A DNA stretch of 63,532 nucleotides, filler included, from Phoronis australis (lineage: Eukaryota > Animalia > Phoronida): assembly GCA_002633005.1 (NCBI GenBank). It is 7 parts of 7 records of this genome, joined end to end, with 100 filler letters (N's around TTAATTAATTAA, not from the genome) between each part and the next. Parts side by side here need not be neighbours in the genome. Positions count along the whole stretch, not along the records: positions 1 to 27,989 come from NMRA01000099.1; 6 more parts are not named here. One strand, written 5' to 3'. This document shows, in pieces, positions 1 to 13,785 of this stretch. The notes under the pieces were generated by a model. The model was not told where the DNA came from. It saw nothing but the letters and a program-made list of their open reading frames with translations, and searched no databases. Made by a program: the position numbers and the translations under genes. Each line of letters starts with the position of its first letter. The stretch's first letter is position 1.

Positions 1-426
1 ACCCGTTTCATGAATGAATAGTTCCCGACTAATGTCTTTGATGACAGGTTCATGTACGTAGCGCGCGCTTCCTGGCCTCGTGCGTTTAACACCGAGTTAT
101 TCTTATTCATGAGACAGTCGATGTGTCTGTACAGAAAGGTCAGATCATAGTGGGACACGGTCGTCGCGAGAGTTGCGTTCTTTTTGAAGCGCTGTGTTAC
201 TTTAAAGTGTATAAGTCATGGCTAAATACAAATGTAGCAGTGCCGCTGGTGGTCTAGATGACCCGTGCAAAACTTCTTTTGATAAATTCAAGACGTTACT
301 GTAACCGAGTTTTAGGACTGTAGCTACGTCATTGTTCGCATGTATACGTTCATGGACTGGGCAAAGTCTGAAAACGCGTGGGGGGCGCTTATGGGGGCAT
401 GGGCAGTTATTACGGCCAATACGGTA
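1..426. mobile_element. Right part of a Tc1/mariner (Tigger-like) non-autonomous element, copy 1 (window starts inside it)
   Basis: Ends GGGGGCGCTTAT...TTATTACGGCCAATACGG followed by TA; aligns by eye with 1139-1675. Confidence 0.55.
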
Positions 427-1138
427 TTGAATAAAAATAGTTTCAACTAAACAAATGACATGAAATCCTGATGGTCGATAAGGCAATTTGAACTATTGAA
501 TAAAAATAGTTTCAACTTAACAAATTACCTGAAATCCTAAAGTTTCTAAATAGCCTCCCTAAGAAATTTAAGTTCCTGTGGAGTCGGGATTAACTTCAGA
601 TTAAGTTCCAATCTGTGCTACATCGTACCCCACAACATGAGAAAAATGTCTGGACGAACACACATGTTGTTGTTACTTGACATTTGTGTTGAAGCTGGCG
701 GGTCTGGGTGCGTGAGTGAGCGAGCGCGTGCATATCATCAGAGTTCATTTGCCAGAGCAAACGCAATGCAACGATGTAGGTGTGCATTTTAACTAAAGAA
801 ATGAACTCTAGCAGTAAAGCAGAATGTGTTTGACTTAGCACGTGCTGGCCTCATCTGCTAAAAAAAACATCCGAGAATTGTCTCGGTAAGGCCGATATTA
901 AATGTAATTATTCAAGAGTCGCCGGGTGACTGGATGCGTGACAGTCTAACAGATATTTTCCGGGAGATTCGGGGTGCAGAAGTGTTCATTATCAGTAGGT
1001 CATTTTCACTTTAAAAACACCAATTATGATTCATTAAATAATTCCTCTTAAAAATAATGCAGAAGTTCTTTACGGTATTCGAAACTTTCGGAAATTAGTG
1101 CCAACAATATTTATTCATTTCTTGCCGATGCTATGCTA

Positions 1139-1675
1139 CCCGTTTTATGAATAGACAGGTGGATATACGTAGCATCCACTTCCTGGCCATGTGCTTTTAA
1201 CTCTGGTCAAGATTTTTATTAGTCTTCAATTTGTGGTTTTCACGTGTACAAAGAAATTTGGATTCCTGTTGAGGGAGATGATCTGTACGGGAAAGATACA
1301 ATACAATCCCTTTGACAAGTACGCTGCATCTGTTCTGAAAGCCCAGATCATAGTGGGAAACGGTCCTCGCAAGATGAGCAGAACTGTTGCGTTCTTTTTG
1401 AAGCAAGGCGGAAGTTTGAAGTGTATAGTCATGGCTTAAAATACCGACATAGCGGAGAGGCTCGTGGTGTGCCAATTCCACGTACAATGATTTTTTTCAG
1501 GACTGTCGGATCTTATTGATAAATTGAAGACGTTGCTGTAGAATTTTAGACTGGTAGGTAAAACATTTTTAGCATGTACACGTTCATGGGATGGGCGCTT
1601 ATTTTAGAGAAGACTGAAAACGTGAGGGGGAGGGCGCTTATAGAGGCATGCGTGCTTATTAAGGTGAATACGGTA
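1139..1675. mobile_element. Diverged second copy of the same Tc1/mariner-like element
   Basis: Shares blocks with 1-426 (CTTCCTGGCC, CAGATCATAGTGGGA, GTTGCGTTCTTTTTGAAGC, AGTCATGGCT); ends GTGAATACGG followed by TA. Confidence 0.55.
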
Positions 1676-4324
1676 GATGGTTCTTGTTACTTGGTTAATA
1701 CTGAGCCTGCCCCTTGTATACATACGCTAATGGGCACATGGTGACTCATACCACAAGTTATGTGTTGGAACAAGTAAATGCAACTTATCTTGAATATTTG
1801 CTACAACAGGTACTTTTAATATGACATGTCAGTCGCCGTGTTTGTTAGTTAACCTGAGTGTGCAGGCGGCCTTTAGCAAGGTACCTAAACGGACTCAGAA
1901 ACACGGTCACACAGGTGACCCCTTTTTTGTTATGACGCAACAGAACTTTGAGTGGTGAATGGTCAAGCTGAAAAAAGGCTGGGAATGCAGTGAGTGAGTC
2001 AAGCCAAAGCAGTGAACAGTCAATGAAACTGGCAAGCTGTTGAGTTGTGGTACTGAGCAGGGCAGAGACACTTATGAACATTGATAACTTTGTGTCAACA
2101 ATCATTGATATGAGTTTGTGTGTGTGTGTGTTTATGCGTGCGTGTGACAAACCTACAAAATGTAGAAACTGAGATTCCGGGAGTAAACACCATGAGCCTA
2201 TATTTGGGTGACCTGTTTGAAGAAATTCCTGATATCAGATAAATAGTCTAATAGACTGTGATACATGTCATATTCAATAAAACAGGTCAAGTTGTAATTA
2301 AACAACACTCCAGGGATTTTGTATTCTAGTCTAATTTATGTATATTTCATCTTTTCGATTTTGATGAGTATGTTGCTGTCGAGATGAATTGCATATTAAA
2401 TTCCTAATATAAGATAAATAGTCTAATGGTCTGTGATACAAGTCATAATCATTCAAGAATCAATTAATAAACACCACTCTAAGGATTTTGTATTCTAGAC
2501 TAATTAATGTATTATGGAGCTCAATTAATCCATACACTCAGTCTTAACAGAGATCCACGACTTGATCTACCTACAGTACATTCAGATCTGGTACGGAAAT
2601 CCCCGACATTAGCGAATCTCCGTATTGTTTTTCTGTTTTATTCTACAATGTCAGAGGGCGCAAAATACCCCCTCTCCCCAGCTGATTTCACTATAATTTT
2701 TTTAAAAGGAAAATTTTACTATGTTATGTCTCAAAAACACTATTAGGAGTTTGCTTTAAAATAAATTTAATTTAACTTGTTAAATGCATTTATCGTCATT
2801 AGTTTGACATTTGTCTCTTTATTTTGATATTAACCCTTAGGGTTTATTTTGCATTACTCTTTTCTATTTATAGCCCCAAGGGCCTACTTTTGTATTCATA
2901 CATTTCTCTATGCGACACCTGATTGGTCGCCCATATTTCATTTGTTCAGTACAACGTGGTCTCTCTCATTCAGCCACCTACCTCGTCGTCTACAAGACCT
3001 ACGTTCGTTCTCTGCATTCCCCCCCCCCCATCCCGGGTGTCAGTCCCACTTTTCTCTTTTCTCAAATACACTTCCTGTTAGGTATTTTCATGTTTTGTGT
3101 TCATGTTCTGTACTTTTCCTTTAAGCCCTTCAGGCAGTTCTTTTGTTTTGGTTCCCTCTTTCAGGGCTATTCATTGTACACCCTGGTGGGCGTTTCGTCC
3201 ATGCCCATCTTGCAGAGTCTTATTTAGTTTTATCTATTTACGTCATAATAAATGACATTATTCTCAATCCTCCTCTTGTTTTACTCTGCAACCTAGCTCA
3301 TGGCATACCCCGGGCAAAATAGATTACGATAAATGCCTAGCTTTGACGTCAAGCCCAAACTAAGAAAATAATCTACCCTAAGCACTTAAAACATGAGAAC
3401 AACTAAAGGCTTCGATAAACGTTCACTGTCGCCATATACATTTAAGGCCAAATAATAAATAATCAGAACCACTGAACAGACAATTCTGCATCAGGAGCAC
3501 TGAAATTCAGCTAAAATTAATATTGTGGTTCAACAGACAATCGGTCAATTTGGAATTACACTGGCTTTTGCTTCATACTGGATTTAATGGTTCCGCTACT
3601 TGTAACTAGCATTTGAACAGCACTTCATCAACTTCTTCAATCAGAAAGTGAATCTAATGGCATATTAAGGAGATTGTACCACATAGTACATAACAACTAT
3701 AAAATTACCCTCATGCAACTTGATGCACGACAAATTTACAAGATGGCAAGCTAGTAGCAAAGCAGTGAAATACCATCTGCATATCAAGGTTTGAAATCAG
3801 ACATCGAAACAACCCGGTACAACCGAAGTAAAAATGAGTACCTGTGGTTAACACTGTGAATATGAAAAGAAAGATGAGTAATGGTGATACACCTATCAAG
3901 AGCGGCACTAAACTTCATCAGGACCTTGAATCCCTAAAAAATGTGAGGCCAAGTACTTTTGAGCTATCTCTGGTCATCGCGTTTGCATGCAACCAAAGTT
4001 CAAAGTTCTGAGCTGCCACCTTCAGTGCCGTCCACACACCAACTTATCCTAGAGCAAGTTACTCCTGGAACGAGTTGTCGCACGGATTGGAGCTGTGCGG
4101 ACGATACTTAAACTAGTGCAATTTATCCCACCTTGTCGAGGTAGGTTAAATTGTTCTAGGGTAGCTTGTAACACTTTTAATTCCTGGGTGGCCGCAAATC
4201 TTGGTCAAGGTGGAAGTAATAATCAGCTGCTATACATTCAGATGGGTCTTCTTTTGTGTCCAGTATTCACATTAGCTGTTCGTGATCATGCCCAGTGCGA
4301 CTTCAGCTGTACCCTAGTTATCAC

Positions 4325-4402
4325 ATGTGTGTGTGTGCGTGTGTGTGCGTGTGTGCGAGTGTGAGTGTGTGTGCGTGCGTGTGCGTGTGCATGTGTGTGC
4401 GT
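4325..4402. repeat. Imperfect (TG)n/(TGCG)n microsatellite
   Basis: Directly visible. Confidence 0.95.
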
Positions 4403-4722
4403 GGACACTCCACTTAACAGTGAGATAAGTTGCACTAGAGCAAGTTGCTTTCGAGTAGTGTGTGTGTGTGGACGGGACTCTCCACAGTTCACGATTATTG
4501 CGGTTCATAAGCTTTTTGTCTACAGCTGAGCACTACAGAAGTGACAACATTGTGACTATTACCTTGGCTATCTTTGCAACACTCACGGTGTTGAAATTGA
4601 GAAACTAAAAAATCAAGGAATGGATGTCCAAAGTACACACATTGCAAGTAACACTGTGTTATTTTCAGAGGCATTGCTTAACTGAGTGTTTGTAGATTGA
4701 ACAATATTTACAAAATATTTAC

Positions 4723-4815
4723 CTTTGGCAGACATTCCTCGACGCGATTGAAGTTGACAAGGGCCTTCGCGTACTCTTCTTTGTAGAAGTAGAAAGAGCC
4801 AAGATCATAGCAAAC
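4723..4815 (-). CDS. INTS8: Integrator complex subunit 8, internal exon (VCYDLGSFYFYKEEYAKALVNFNRVEECLPK)
   Basis: AG/GT boundaries, 93 nt, phase 0/0; continues ...VITQ from exon 20131-20304 to give QVCYDLG, which matches the INTS8 QCQVCYDLG motif. Confidence 0.9.
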
Positions 4816-5198
4816 CTAAAATGTAAAGTCGACAAAGTCAAGCAGTTAAAATGAAAAGCTTGCACCTGCTTCCTCAGATTTTCAAAGACAACAATTCACT
4901 ACATGAGATGATGTAGCAAAAAAATTCTTTAACTACAACTACGAACTGTTAATTTTTTTAAAATTTATTTTACTTACCTAAATTTAAATCACTTACTTAA
5001 CATTATCAATCTCTAAGTCTCAACTTTTTTCATCTATAATCAGATTAGAATTGCTTCAGAGCCAAATATATCAATTGAGATAGTCAGATATACTTGCTAA
5101 CAAGTAGTTCGTAATCTCCAGAATGGTTATTTTTATTGACAACATGATTATTAAGTTATGACCAAATATATAATAATTATAGCATTTCTATATTATTT

Positions 5199-6110
5199 AA
5201 CAAGAGCAATGCCGAGCGTTACATGATAAGTGCCCACTGTGTGCATTACACATAACCTGGATAACAGGGATATTTTAAACATTCTTTCTAAATGGCAATG
5301 TGCCAGCAAACTTCAAATAGACAATAGGGTGTACCACAGTAGTCCAAGCCATCCAAAAAACATTGTCAACCATGCTGTTTCCAGTAAAACCACATATAAC
5401 AATTTTCATAATGACAAGAGACGCCAAAAAGAAACTCATACATCACGTCAAATTCATTTGTAAACAGAAAGGTGTCAATAACTCTTTAATAGAAACATTT
5501 CTACTAAATTTCAAGAAAATCCATCAAGAAACTCCTATTAGATAACAGTGGCCAACCGAAAACAGAAAGTGCCACTAGGGGGCACAGTGGAAGTTGGATC
5601 TGTCCAAAAGTTGTCTGACCATATGTAGTCACCTTCAAAGAAATACACTTGCCAAATTCAATAAAGATCCTGCTGAGGGTTATGAAGATATAGCCATGAA
5701 TGCAAAAATACTGCCACTAGGGGACACTAAAGTAGTCCAAGCCGTCTGGAAATAATTGTCAGTCATGCTCTTCACAGTAAGAACACAAAGGCTAATTCTC
5801 ATAATGATCATCAGATTGGTTTCGACAAGATAAGAAGACAACAAAATGATTAAAAATGGCTGCTCTGCTGGCTTAAAATGCATAGAATTCATCCAAAAAT
5901 GGGAAGGTGGTTAGATTTCTTGAAAATTCGATAAAAAAACCTCACCGATACAGAGGCAAATGTAAGAAACCTATCTCATGCTGTCCCATCCATGATGCTA
6001 AATTTCAGAAACATTCATCTTCGGGTTTTGGAGATATATCAGACACCCGGGGGATGCCAGAAGAACAGAAAAACAACATCATATGTCCACATACATGTGT
6101 GGGCGCACAT
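5199..6110 (+). mobile_element. Older HINE-like (Helentron-associated) element with diverged ~145-bp internal repeats
   Basis: Starts AACAAGAGC, ends with hairpin ATGTCCACATACATGTGTGGGCGCAC; internal GCCACTAGGGG monomers at ~5570 and ~5712 resemble those in 20351-21261. Confidence 0.6.
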
Positions 6111-6568
6111 CATCTAGGCCACAGCGTGGGACATACCAATGAGTACGGGTGAACAAGCTTACATACCATAGGACCTTGTGCTAATAACCAAACGTTCTCA
6201 CAAAAAAGTTTTAATAATTTAATATCCATTTATTCTATTATTTAAACTGAAGGTGACCTTTTCGGTTATAGCAAAGCTTGCCAAGAAGTTCCAGACAATC
6301 CTGAAGCCCGAATCTAAAACAGGCCAGTTGTGAGTTTTCATACTTAGGAGAAAACTGGGGGCAAATTCTCAGCATAACCTTGCGCAAGGTCTACGGCTCT
6401 GCAAGTGGAAAACCAGCATCTGGTACCACAAATTTCGGGTGAATTTCCTGTCTGCAATAGCAGGACTTAGCTCAGTAGATACAAGAATTTTGCAAGATCT
6501 AATGTGATCACATGATTTGCTTAACACTAGTGTGATCATGCTTTTTCGCGAGTGTACTGCATCTACGG

Positions 6569-9088
6569 AAAGGACACCAGGTTGGCACCATGACAGTAAT
6601 TACGTCAAGGGAAGTGAGACAAAAATCCACCTGGCATCTTATCTAGCAAAAGATCTACATGCTATTTATAAATCTTGATGGCAGATAAAAAAAACATAAG
6701 GAGTTAAATGTGAATACGAAGTAATTACAAGGAAGTACAGTGAAGTAATCCGGCTTATGTTTGATATCACTTGCGGCGTAATAAATCAGTAAACAGAATT
6801 TTGTAAAACTTAAAGCACTAAATGGATTAAATCAATAGTTCAACGAAAAACGTGACGGTGCAGTTGGTCTCCAACAACTGTATCAATCCTTTTCAGTTTA
6901 AGTTATTTGCCAATTTCTTCAAAATCTAATACAAAAACGTTAGTCTGATGCATAAGTGACATGATTTTTATTGATTTCTTTACAAATTTCTATGCCTAGT
7001 TAAAGCAGAAGTAACAACACAACATCAACTTTTTTTTAAGTGATAATACTATGTTGACTTCCACTAATTACAGACTGATACCAATAAAACACTCCATTAA
7101 ACACATACAATAATAGATTGTGCTAAACAGATTAAGTTACTGGAAGCGATTAACTTCGTAAAAAGGAAAATGCATCATTTTATCCATAGTTCCTGACACG
7201 TTTTTATCAATGATGACAAATTTCAAGGTTGTATAAGACCCTAGAAAAATGTCCCAACATCATCTCTCAGAAATGGCTGATTGATAATGAAACTTTCTGA
7301 TATTATGTTGTTTTGTGGACGTTAAAATGAGCAGTAAGAATTCACAATGAAGAATACGGTGGTATATCTACGGAACACAGACAAACATTGAAAGGTCTTC
7401 TAACACCCAACTGATCCCAATTTAGTAGTCTTCAACCTCGGCTGCTCGCCTCGCCATGACCTGGCCTGCCTCTCGGTGGGTTATGGTACTTTATAACTTG
7501 AACGGTCATGCCAAAATCTTAGGCTACTTGACAACTCCACCGTATCCATGAAGAGGCATTTATCTTGTTTCAAATTTAATTTCATGCCATTGACAACAAC
7601 ACAGGATTAACGAAGAAGACTGCTACCAGAGTGAAAGATAAGGCCCCCACCAGTTCTACTAGAGCGATCATCAGTGTTGCAATCAACCTGTCTATCCCAT
7701 AGCCCAGTGAAGCCGTTTCTTGAAGTCTACAGTCTGGCTTTTGTCCCTTGGCTAAAGCCAAGTCAGAAATTTGACTACTAATCATACCAAAATTTGATTT
7801 TTTGACTTATCCGTTGCTTGAAACATACTGTTTTCNAAAGGACACCAGGTTGGCACCATGACAGTAATTACGTCAAGGGAAGTGAGACAAAAATCCACCT
7901 GGCATTTTATCTAGCAAAAGATCTACATGCTATTTATAAATCTTGATGGCAGATAAAAAAATCATGAGTTAAATGTGAATACGAAGTAATTACAAGGAAG
8001 TACAGTGAAGTAATCCGGTTTATGTTTGATATCACTTGCCGCATAATAAATCAGTAAACAGAATTTTGTAAAACTTAAAGCACTAAATGGATTAAATCAA
8101 TAGTTCAACGAAAAACGTGACGGTGCAGTTGGTTTCCAACAACTGTATCAATCCTTTTCAGTTTAAGTTATTTGCCAATTTCTTCAAAATCTAATACAAG
8201 TCTGATGCATAAGTGACACGATTTTTATTGATTTCTTTAAAAATTTCTACGCCTAGTTGAAGCAGAAGTAACAACACAACATCACCTTTGTTTTAAGTGA
8301 TAATACTACATTGACTTCCACTAATTACAGACTGATACCAATAAAACACTCCATTAAACACATACAATAATAGATTGTGCTAAACAGATTAAGTTACTGG
8401 AAGCGATTAACTTCGTAAAAAGGAAAATGCATCATTTCATCCATAGTTCCTGACACGTTTTTATCAATGACGACAAATTTCAAGGTTGTATAGGACCCTA
8501 GAAAAATGTCCCAACATCATCTCTCAGAAATGGCTGATTGATAATGAAACTTTCTGATATTATGTTGTTTTGTGGACGTTAAAATGAGCAGTAAGAATTC
8601 ACAATGAAGAATACGGTGGTATATCTATGGAACACAAACATTGAAAGGTCTTCTAACACCCAACTGATCCCAATTTAGTAGTCTTCAACCTCGGCTGCTC
8701 GCCTCGCCATGACCTGGCCTGCCTCTCGGTAGGTTATGGTACTTTATAACTTGAACGGTCATGCCAAAATCTTAGGCTACTTGACAACTCCACCGTATCC
8801 ATGAAGAGGCATTTATCTTGTTTCAAATTTAATTTCATGCCATTGACAGGAACACAGGATTAACGAAGAAGACTGCTACCAGAGTGAAAGATAAGGCCCC
8901 CACCAGTTCTACTAGAGCGATCATCAGTGTTGCAATCAACCTGTCTATCCCATAGCCCAGTGAAGCCGTTTCTTGAAGTCTACAGTCTGGCTTTTGTCCC
9001 TTGGCTAAAGCCAAGTCAGAAATTTGACTACTAATCATACCAAAATTTGATTTTTTGACTTATCTGTTGCTTGAAACATACTGTCTTC
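6569..9088. repeat. ~1.26-kb direct duplication (6569-7835 and 7837-9088) separated by a single N
   Basis: Near-identical copies differing by scattered SNPs and small indels; the junction falls exactly at the N at 7836. Confidence 0.95.
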
Positions 9089-9457
9089 TGTCTAGTCAAG
9101 CAGCCTGAGGATTTCTATCTTTTGGCTTGGCGTTAAAGACAGATTTTCTGACTCGGCCTTAGCTTCATTTTTGTGAAACAGTTTAATCCAACAGTTGACT
9201 GACTTTTAGCCATAAGTCAAAATAAAAAAGACAACAGACTCTCTGTTTTGTGAAAAGCGACTTGAGACTCAAGACAGAAATTCCGTATAAAGTTCCAACT
9301 TCAAAATTCGGTGAATAAAGTTCCAACCAAGTAATCGTGAGAAATCTCAGTCTAGAAATAATTTATTTTATACCACAATATTAGCCTCGAATGGTAGATA
9401 CAACCGTGTAATAACCCATAAAGTTATCTCACTAGTGAGATAACATTTTGGCGGGAA

Positions 9458-9525
9458 ACCAAGGCCGGATTCGAACCCGGACTCAACAGTTGCGAGTCAC
9501 CGACTTTACCGCTACACCACTCAGC
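9458..9525 (-). other. tRNA-derived (Pol III A/B box) sequence, not a canonical tRNA
   Basis: Minus strand reads TGGTGTAGCGGTAA (A box) and CCGGGTTCGAATCCGG (T-arm/B box); acceptor and anticodon stems pair poorly. Confidence 0.55.
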
Positions 9526-10330
9526 GGCTGACGTCATCGAACGTGAAAATAGAATACTTAAATGAGCACGAGGAACAATCGCATGTTCAGCAAAGGGCAT
9601 TGCACCGACAATTATACGCTATGAAAAATAAGACGCATAATTTCCATAAAAACGATATTTTAATTCAGTGAAATTTTTCTCTCGTGTTCTCTCACTTGTA
9701 AATCACCGATCTCCAATTTGAATGCAGGTGTCGTGTGGACGAGATCCTTTGACTTGAGCATTATAGTCAGTTACTAGTGGTAAGCAACTTTAGCAGACGA
9801 TATATTCCCGGGCGAAGATTAGCGTGATAAAATGTGTAGTAAGCTATAACAGTTGCAAAACCTTAATTTATAGATTCACTTTATTTCTATTTTGTTTTAT
9901 TTTTCAATTGGTTTTGAGTAAAAGGATTATTTTACAAAAATATCTCCGCTTTTCTTAAAAGGTGACGACCTCCGACCCCGGGCCTCTGACATAGAAAGTA
10001 GTTACAAAGCCGAGGCGAGTCGAGAAAGGTTGATCGATTCATTGCAATGTTTCTCGTTCAGTATGTTAACGCCCCTCGGGCGATAATTCTCCAAAATCCA
10101 CTCGGGCTCTAGATAGCGGGGGATAACGACTTTGCCATGCAATAATCTATATATAATCTTAGTATTTAGCAGATATGTGTATATTCTCACACTAAGCATT
10201 TTTGCTCAAGTGAGTTTTAAATACTTTTCAGAAATAGTTGTGTAGACCAAATTTCTGTCTTAAAGCTTGAAGTCACTTTTCATGAAATGTGCAACTTACT
10301 GGTAAGATCACCAGACACTGAGTAGGTAAT

Positions 10331-10394
10331 GTATGTGTGTGTGTGTGCGTGGGTGTGTGTGTGCGTGGGTGGGTGGGTGGGTGGGTGGGTGGGT
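10331..10394. repeat. (TG)n/(GGGT)n microsatellite
   Basis: Directly visible; ends at an N. Confidence 0.95.
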
Positions 10395-11377
10395 NATAAA
10401 GCTAAGTAGACAGTGTGAGAGTGAGACGGCTTAACAGGAAGACTGACTTTTACCCCCGACGCCGACGTCAGATAAGGCATCTGAATTTACAATGAATTAG
10501 GCTAGTTTTTAGGCATGCTAATAAACGGGTGAGAATAAATTTTGTTGATTAATTACAATATCCTAGAATATGACAGAATATCATGACACTATGTGGGTCA
10601 TTTTATATTTCACTTCTGGAACTCAGTGGCTGCCTTTGGGAATCAAGGTTCTATAGGGGTGCAGTGGTTAAGTGCTACTCTAGATCCGCAGTGTATACAG
10701 TATGGGTTCGAATACCGTAGTAGAACAGATATAATTTTACACTTCAAAAAATGTGGTCCACAAAACCATCCTCAGCTTTCAGGTTCTACTTCTCTGCCTG
10801 TGATAGCACTCTGGTAAACCAATATCACCGCCTCAATAAGATATTTCTTATTTATTTTATGATCCATAAAACATTATTTACGTTTTTAGAACAAATTTGC
10901 AATCCTGTGATCACAATTTCTGTATTCCATCAAATTCTCAGTTTGGAACCAATTTATTTAATCTTCTCATTCAGTAGATTCAAAACATTGCCTTGTTTTG
11001 ATTTTCTTTCATGTTCAAAATTCATTATTCTACAAACCTTCGTACAGTAATCAAAAATACTTCAAATAGTGTACAGTTGGAATCACACATTACAGACACT
11101 ATCTTAATCGTTATAATTTACATCAATTCTCCACTTAATTCGCACAAAAACACTTGCCAAGATGGTCACTTTGTTATTTTTCAATGGCCGATTACCTTTT
11201 CACAAATAATGAGAAAATAAACAAAAGTTGTCTTATCTTATCTACACACTGCAAATCATGCTTGCCATAGATTAAATGTTCTTACTCTTTATTTTCGTGA
11301 AGAAATTGAACAAAATAGAATTTTGCTTGTCGGCAACCTTGTTTGCTACATATTAAGAGAAGAATCACCAATAGGTA

Positions 11378-11620
11378 TAAAAAAAATCAATGCAGGCGGT
11401 CTGATACACGTCTGCTACACGTTGTAACAGACGTGGCAAGCTGCTTAGGTGGGTCCAATGCACTGATCATCTGCAACCATTTTTATTCTTTGTTAAAACC
11501 GAGCTGAGGAGCTAGAAACCTAACTCAAGGGTCTAGCTGTGTGCCTCAGTGGGACACGAACCCACGACCTTGAGTGAGGAAACCTATCCCACTTAACGCC
11601 ACACTGGCCCCTCCATTACC
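11378..11620 (-). mobile_element. tRNA-derived SINE, family 1
   Basis: A/B-box head on minus strand (CAGTGTGGCGTTAAGTGG...GGGTTCGTGTCCC), central CCCTTGAGTTAGGTTTCTAGCTCCTCAG, T-rich tail; flanked by ATAGGTA repeats (11371-11377, 11621-11627); same family as 18278-18519. Confidence 0.85.
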
Positions 11621-13590
11621 ATAGGTAGCTAATCAAAAGAACAAACAACCAACACTTATTAAACTTGAACTCCCATCCTCTCAAGACCTGACTCATTATC
11701 ACACGACAATCATCTCCTGTTTTTAGTTCTTGTCAATCCCTTGTGACAGGTTGTGTTAATAATATTTTCTTTAAAGTTTTATTTTCTCTAAAGTGCTATC
11801 ATCTCAAATATATGTTATAATCTTTCTTAACTCCATGATACAGCACAAGCTAAAAGTATTCTGGCAAAATGACCAGAATTCCATTTTCTTGAAAATAATT
11901 TCCCTCATGACCGAGGATGAAGGGAAATTAACAGTATAAAGTTTGTAAGGAGACTAAGCCATTAAAGTTATTACCAATAATTTTTGTTGTTAACAGAATT
12001 AGTCATCATAGCAGTTTCACAAATTACTATTGTCTTGTATTGCAGGTACACCTGTTTTCATCCTTGTGCGGGCTATAATACATCCCACAAGACATGCACT
12101 TCAACAGACCCATCATAACCTCTCTTCCATTACTAGCTACCCTAGTTAACAACCACTTCACACTACAGCAGAAATTCAAACTAAAAACATCAAAAATCGA
12201 GCAAAGGAGGGATGCCTTCTCTCTTTTCTTTTTTCAGGCATATAAAGAAGCCCTCCCCCAATGAGGGGCCGAACTCTTGAACACGGAGGCCCAACATTAC
12301 AACACATGTAGGTACTGTACCCCATAAGGTTTACTCGTCCTCGCCTTTAACTTTGTAATTATCATCAACTTAACAAAGTTCTAATTTCGTTTTTTACTAC
12401 CACAACTTCTGTATTGGCATGCAATGAAAATCTCACATTAACAGGTATCAAAGGGTCCCGTACTAACGTCCAAATATTTACAATAGTTACATGAATGAAG
12501 ATGCTCATATCACATCTTTGGTGTCTTAACTAACTTTTTAATTTTAGACAAACAAACAGTCTTCCAAAACTGTTGTTAGACACCATTCGTAATTCTCACC
12601 ATTTTTACGACTCTTCTCTCATACCCCGAAAGCGTACAGAAATGGCGATATTTCTATAAGGTCTACGTTGTTGTATATGCTAAACTGCATTAGTGTGCTT
12701 CCAATTTAAATGCCAGTGTTGGTTTGTGGTACAAAAATAAAACATTCTTTTCAAACAATTTTTCATGTGTTAATTGTTTTTGCCTGTTTGCAACTTGTTG
12801 AAATATCTGCTATTGAATGTCTCGTCAAGTTTTTACAAAGTGAAAAAGTAATGTAAAAAATTGACTTCAGCTGTTATTTGACATCGCCATCTTTATGACG
12901 CCAAAAGCCCCATTTGGCAGTACTTCATGTTACTTTGTGTTATATTTGCCATTTTGCTCAAGCATATCTGATAGGCATTCAGCCAATAACCATCAGGTAC
13001 TGAGCACCAATCTTGTACTAGGCAGTCATCCATGCACATCCGATACTGTATATTTTAGTTTAGCCCATTTGGCAGATTATCCACTCATCTGATACTTCAC
13101 ATTTGCTATCTCATCAGGTAGACAATCAGCCAATACCCATCTGGTATGGCATACCCATGTGGTACTCACTAGCAACTCACATGTGCACTATTTTCTAAAG
13201 TATCCATCTTGTACCAGTCCCGTAGGTTTACTTACGGAATATTTTGTGGTACCCTGTACACATTTGGTATGCACCACTACTTATGTTAAAACGAGCCCTG
13301 ATCCAAAAATTACCTGCATACCACCATAAAATAAAAGTTCATAAAATAACACTTGCGTTGTTTCATTGGTCTCTAACAATGTCAATGATCATTCATTTGG
13401 TAATAGCATCGTTGTCGTTTTTACCGTCTTCAATAAAATGATCGGTTGTCACAGTGTGAAAAAATCTACATAGAAAGGCACATGAAATGATCCTGCCAAA
13501 CGGCAACCGCGAATCAAATGGCGACAATAAGTACAATGCAGAGCAAGAGGTTCCAAACGATTTGCCTCTTTATTTGCAATCTTATTTGAT

Positions 13591-13785
13591 GAGGACACAG
13601 TGTGGCTGAGTGGTGTGAGCTCCGGGCTCTCGTTTCGAAGACTCAGATTTGAATCCTGGCTTAATTTGCAGACACTGTGTCTCCTAACTCCTCTGAGCTT
13701 AGTGTTACTGGTGAGTGTATCCAAGGGAGTACATGAGAACCTGGATACAATGTGAAAGCGATTTCTGGGGCTGTGCTAAAAATAT
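13591..13785 (+). mobile_element. tRNA-derived SINE, family 2 (diverged)
   Basis: TGGCTGAGTGG A box, TTTGAATCC B-box remnant, ACTCCTCTGAGCT core shared with 22256-22455. Confidence 0.55.

Noticed and set aside
2721-3330. Solo LTR (TGTTATG start, AATAAA near the end)
   Set aside because: No clean CA end or TSD could be identified.
7582-9038. Duplicated 67-aa minus-strand ORFs as a gene pair
   Set aside because: They arise from the 1.26-kb duplication and have no recognisable homology or splice signals.
9458-9525. Functional tRNA gene
   Set aside because: Acceptor and anticodon stems do not pair properly; treated as tRNA-derived.
10650-10722. tRNA-like sequence (GTGCAGTGGTTAAG ... GGGTTCGAATACC)
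   Set aside because: A/B-box remnants only, with no cloverleaf; probably an old SINE head whose boundaries I cannot define.
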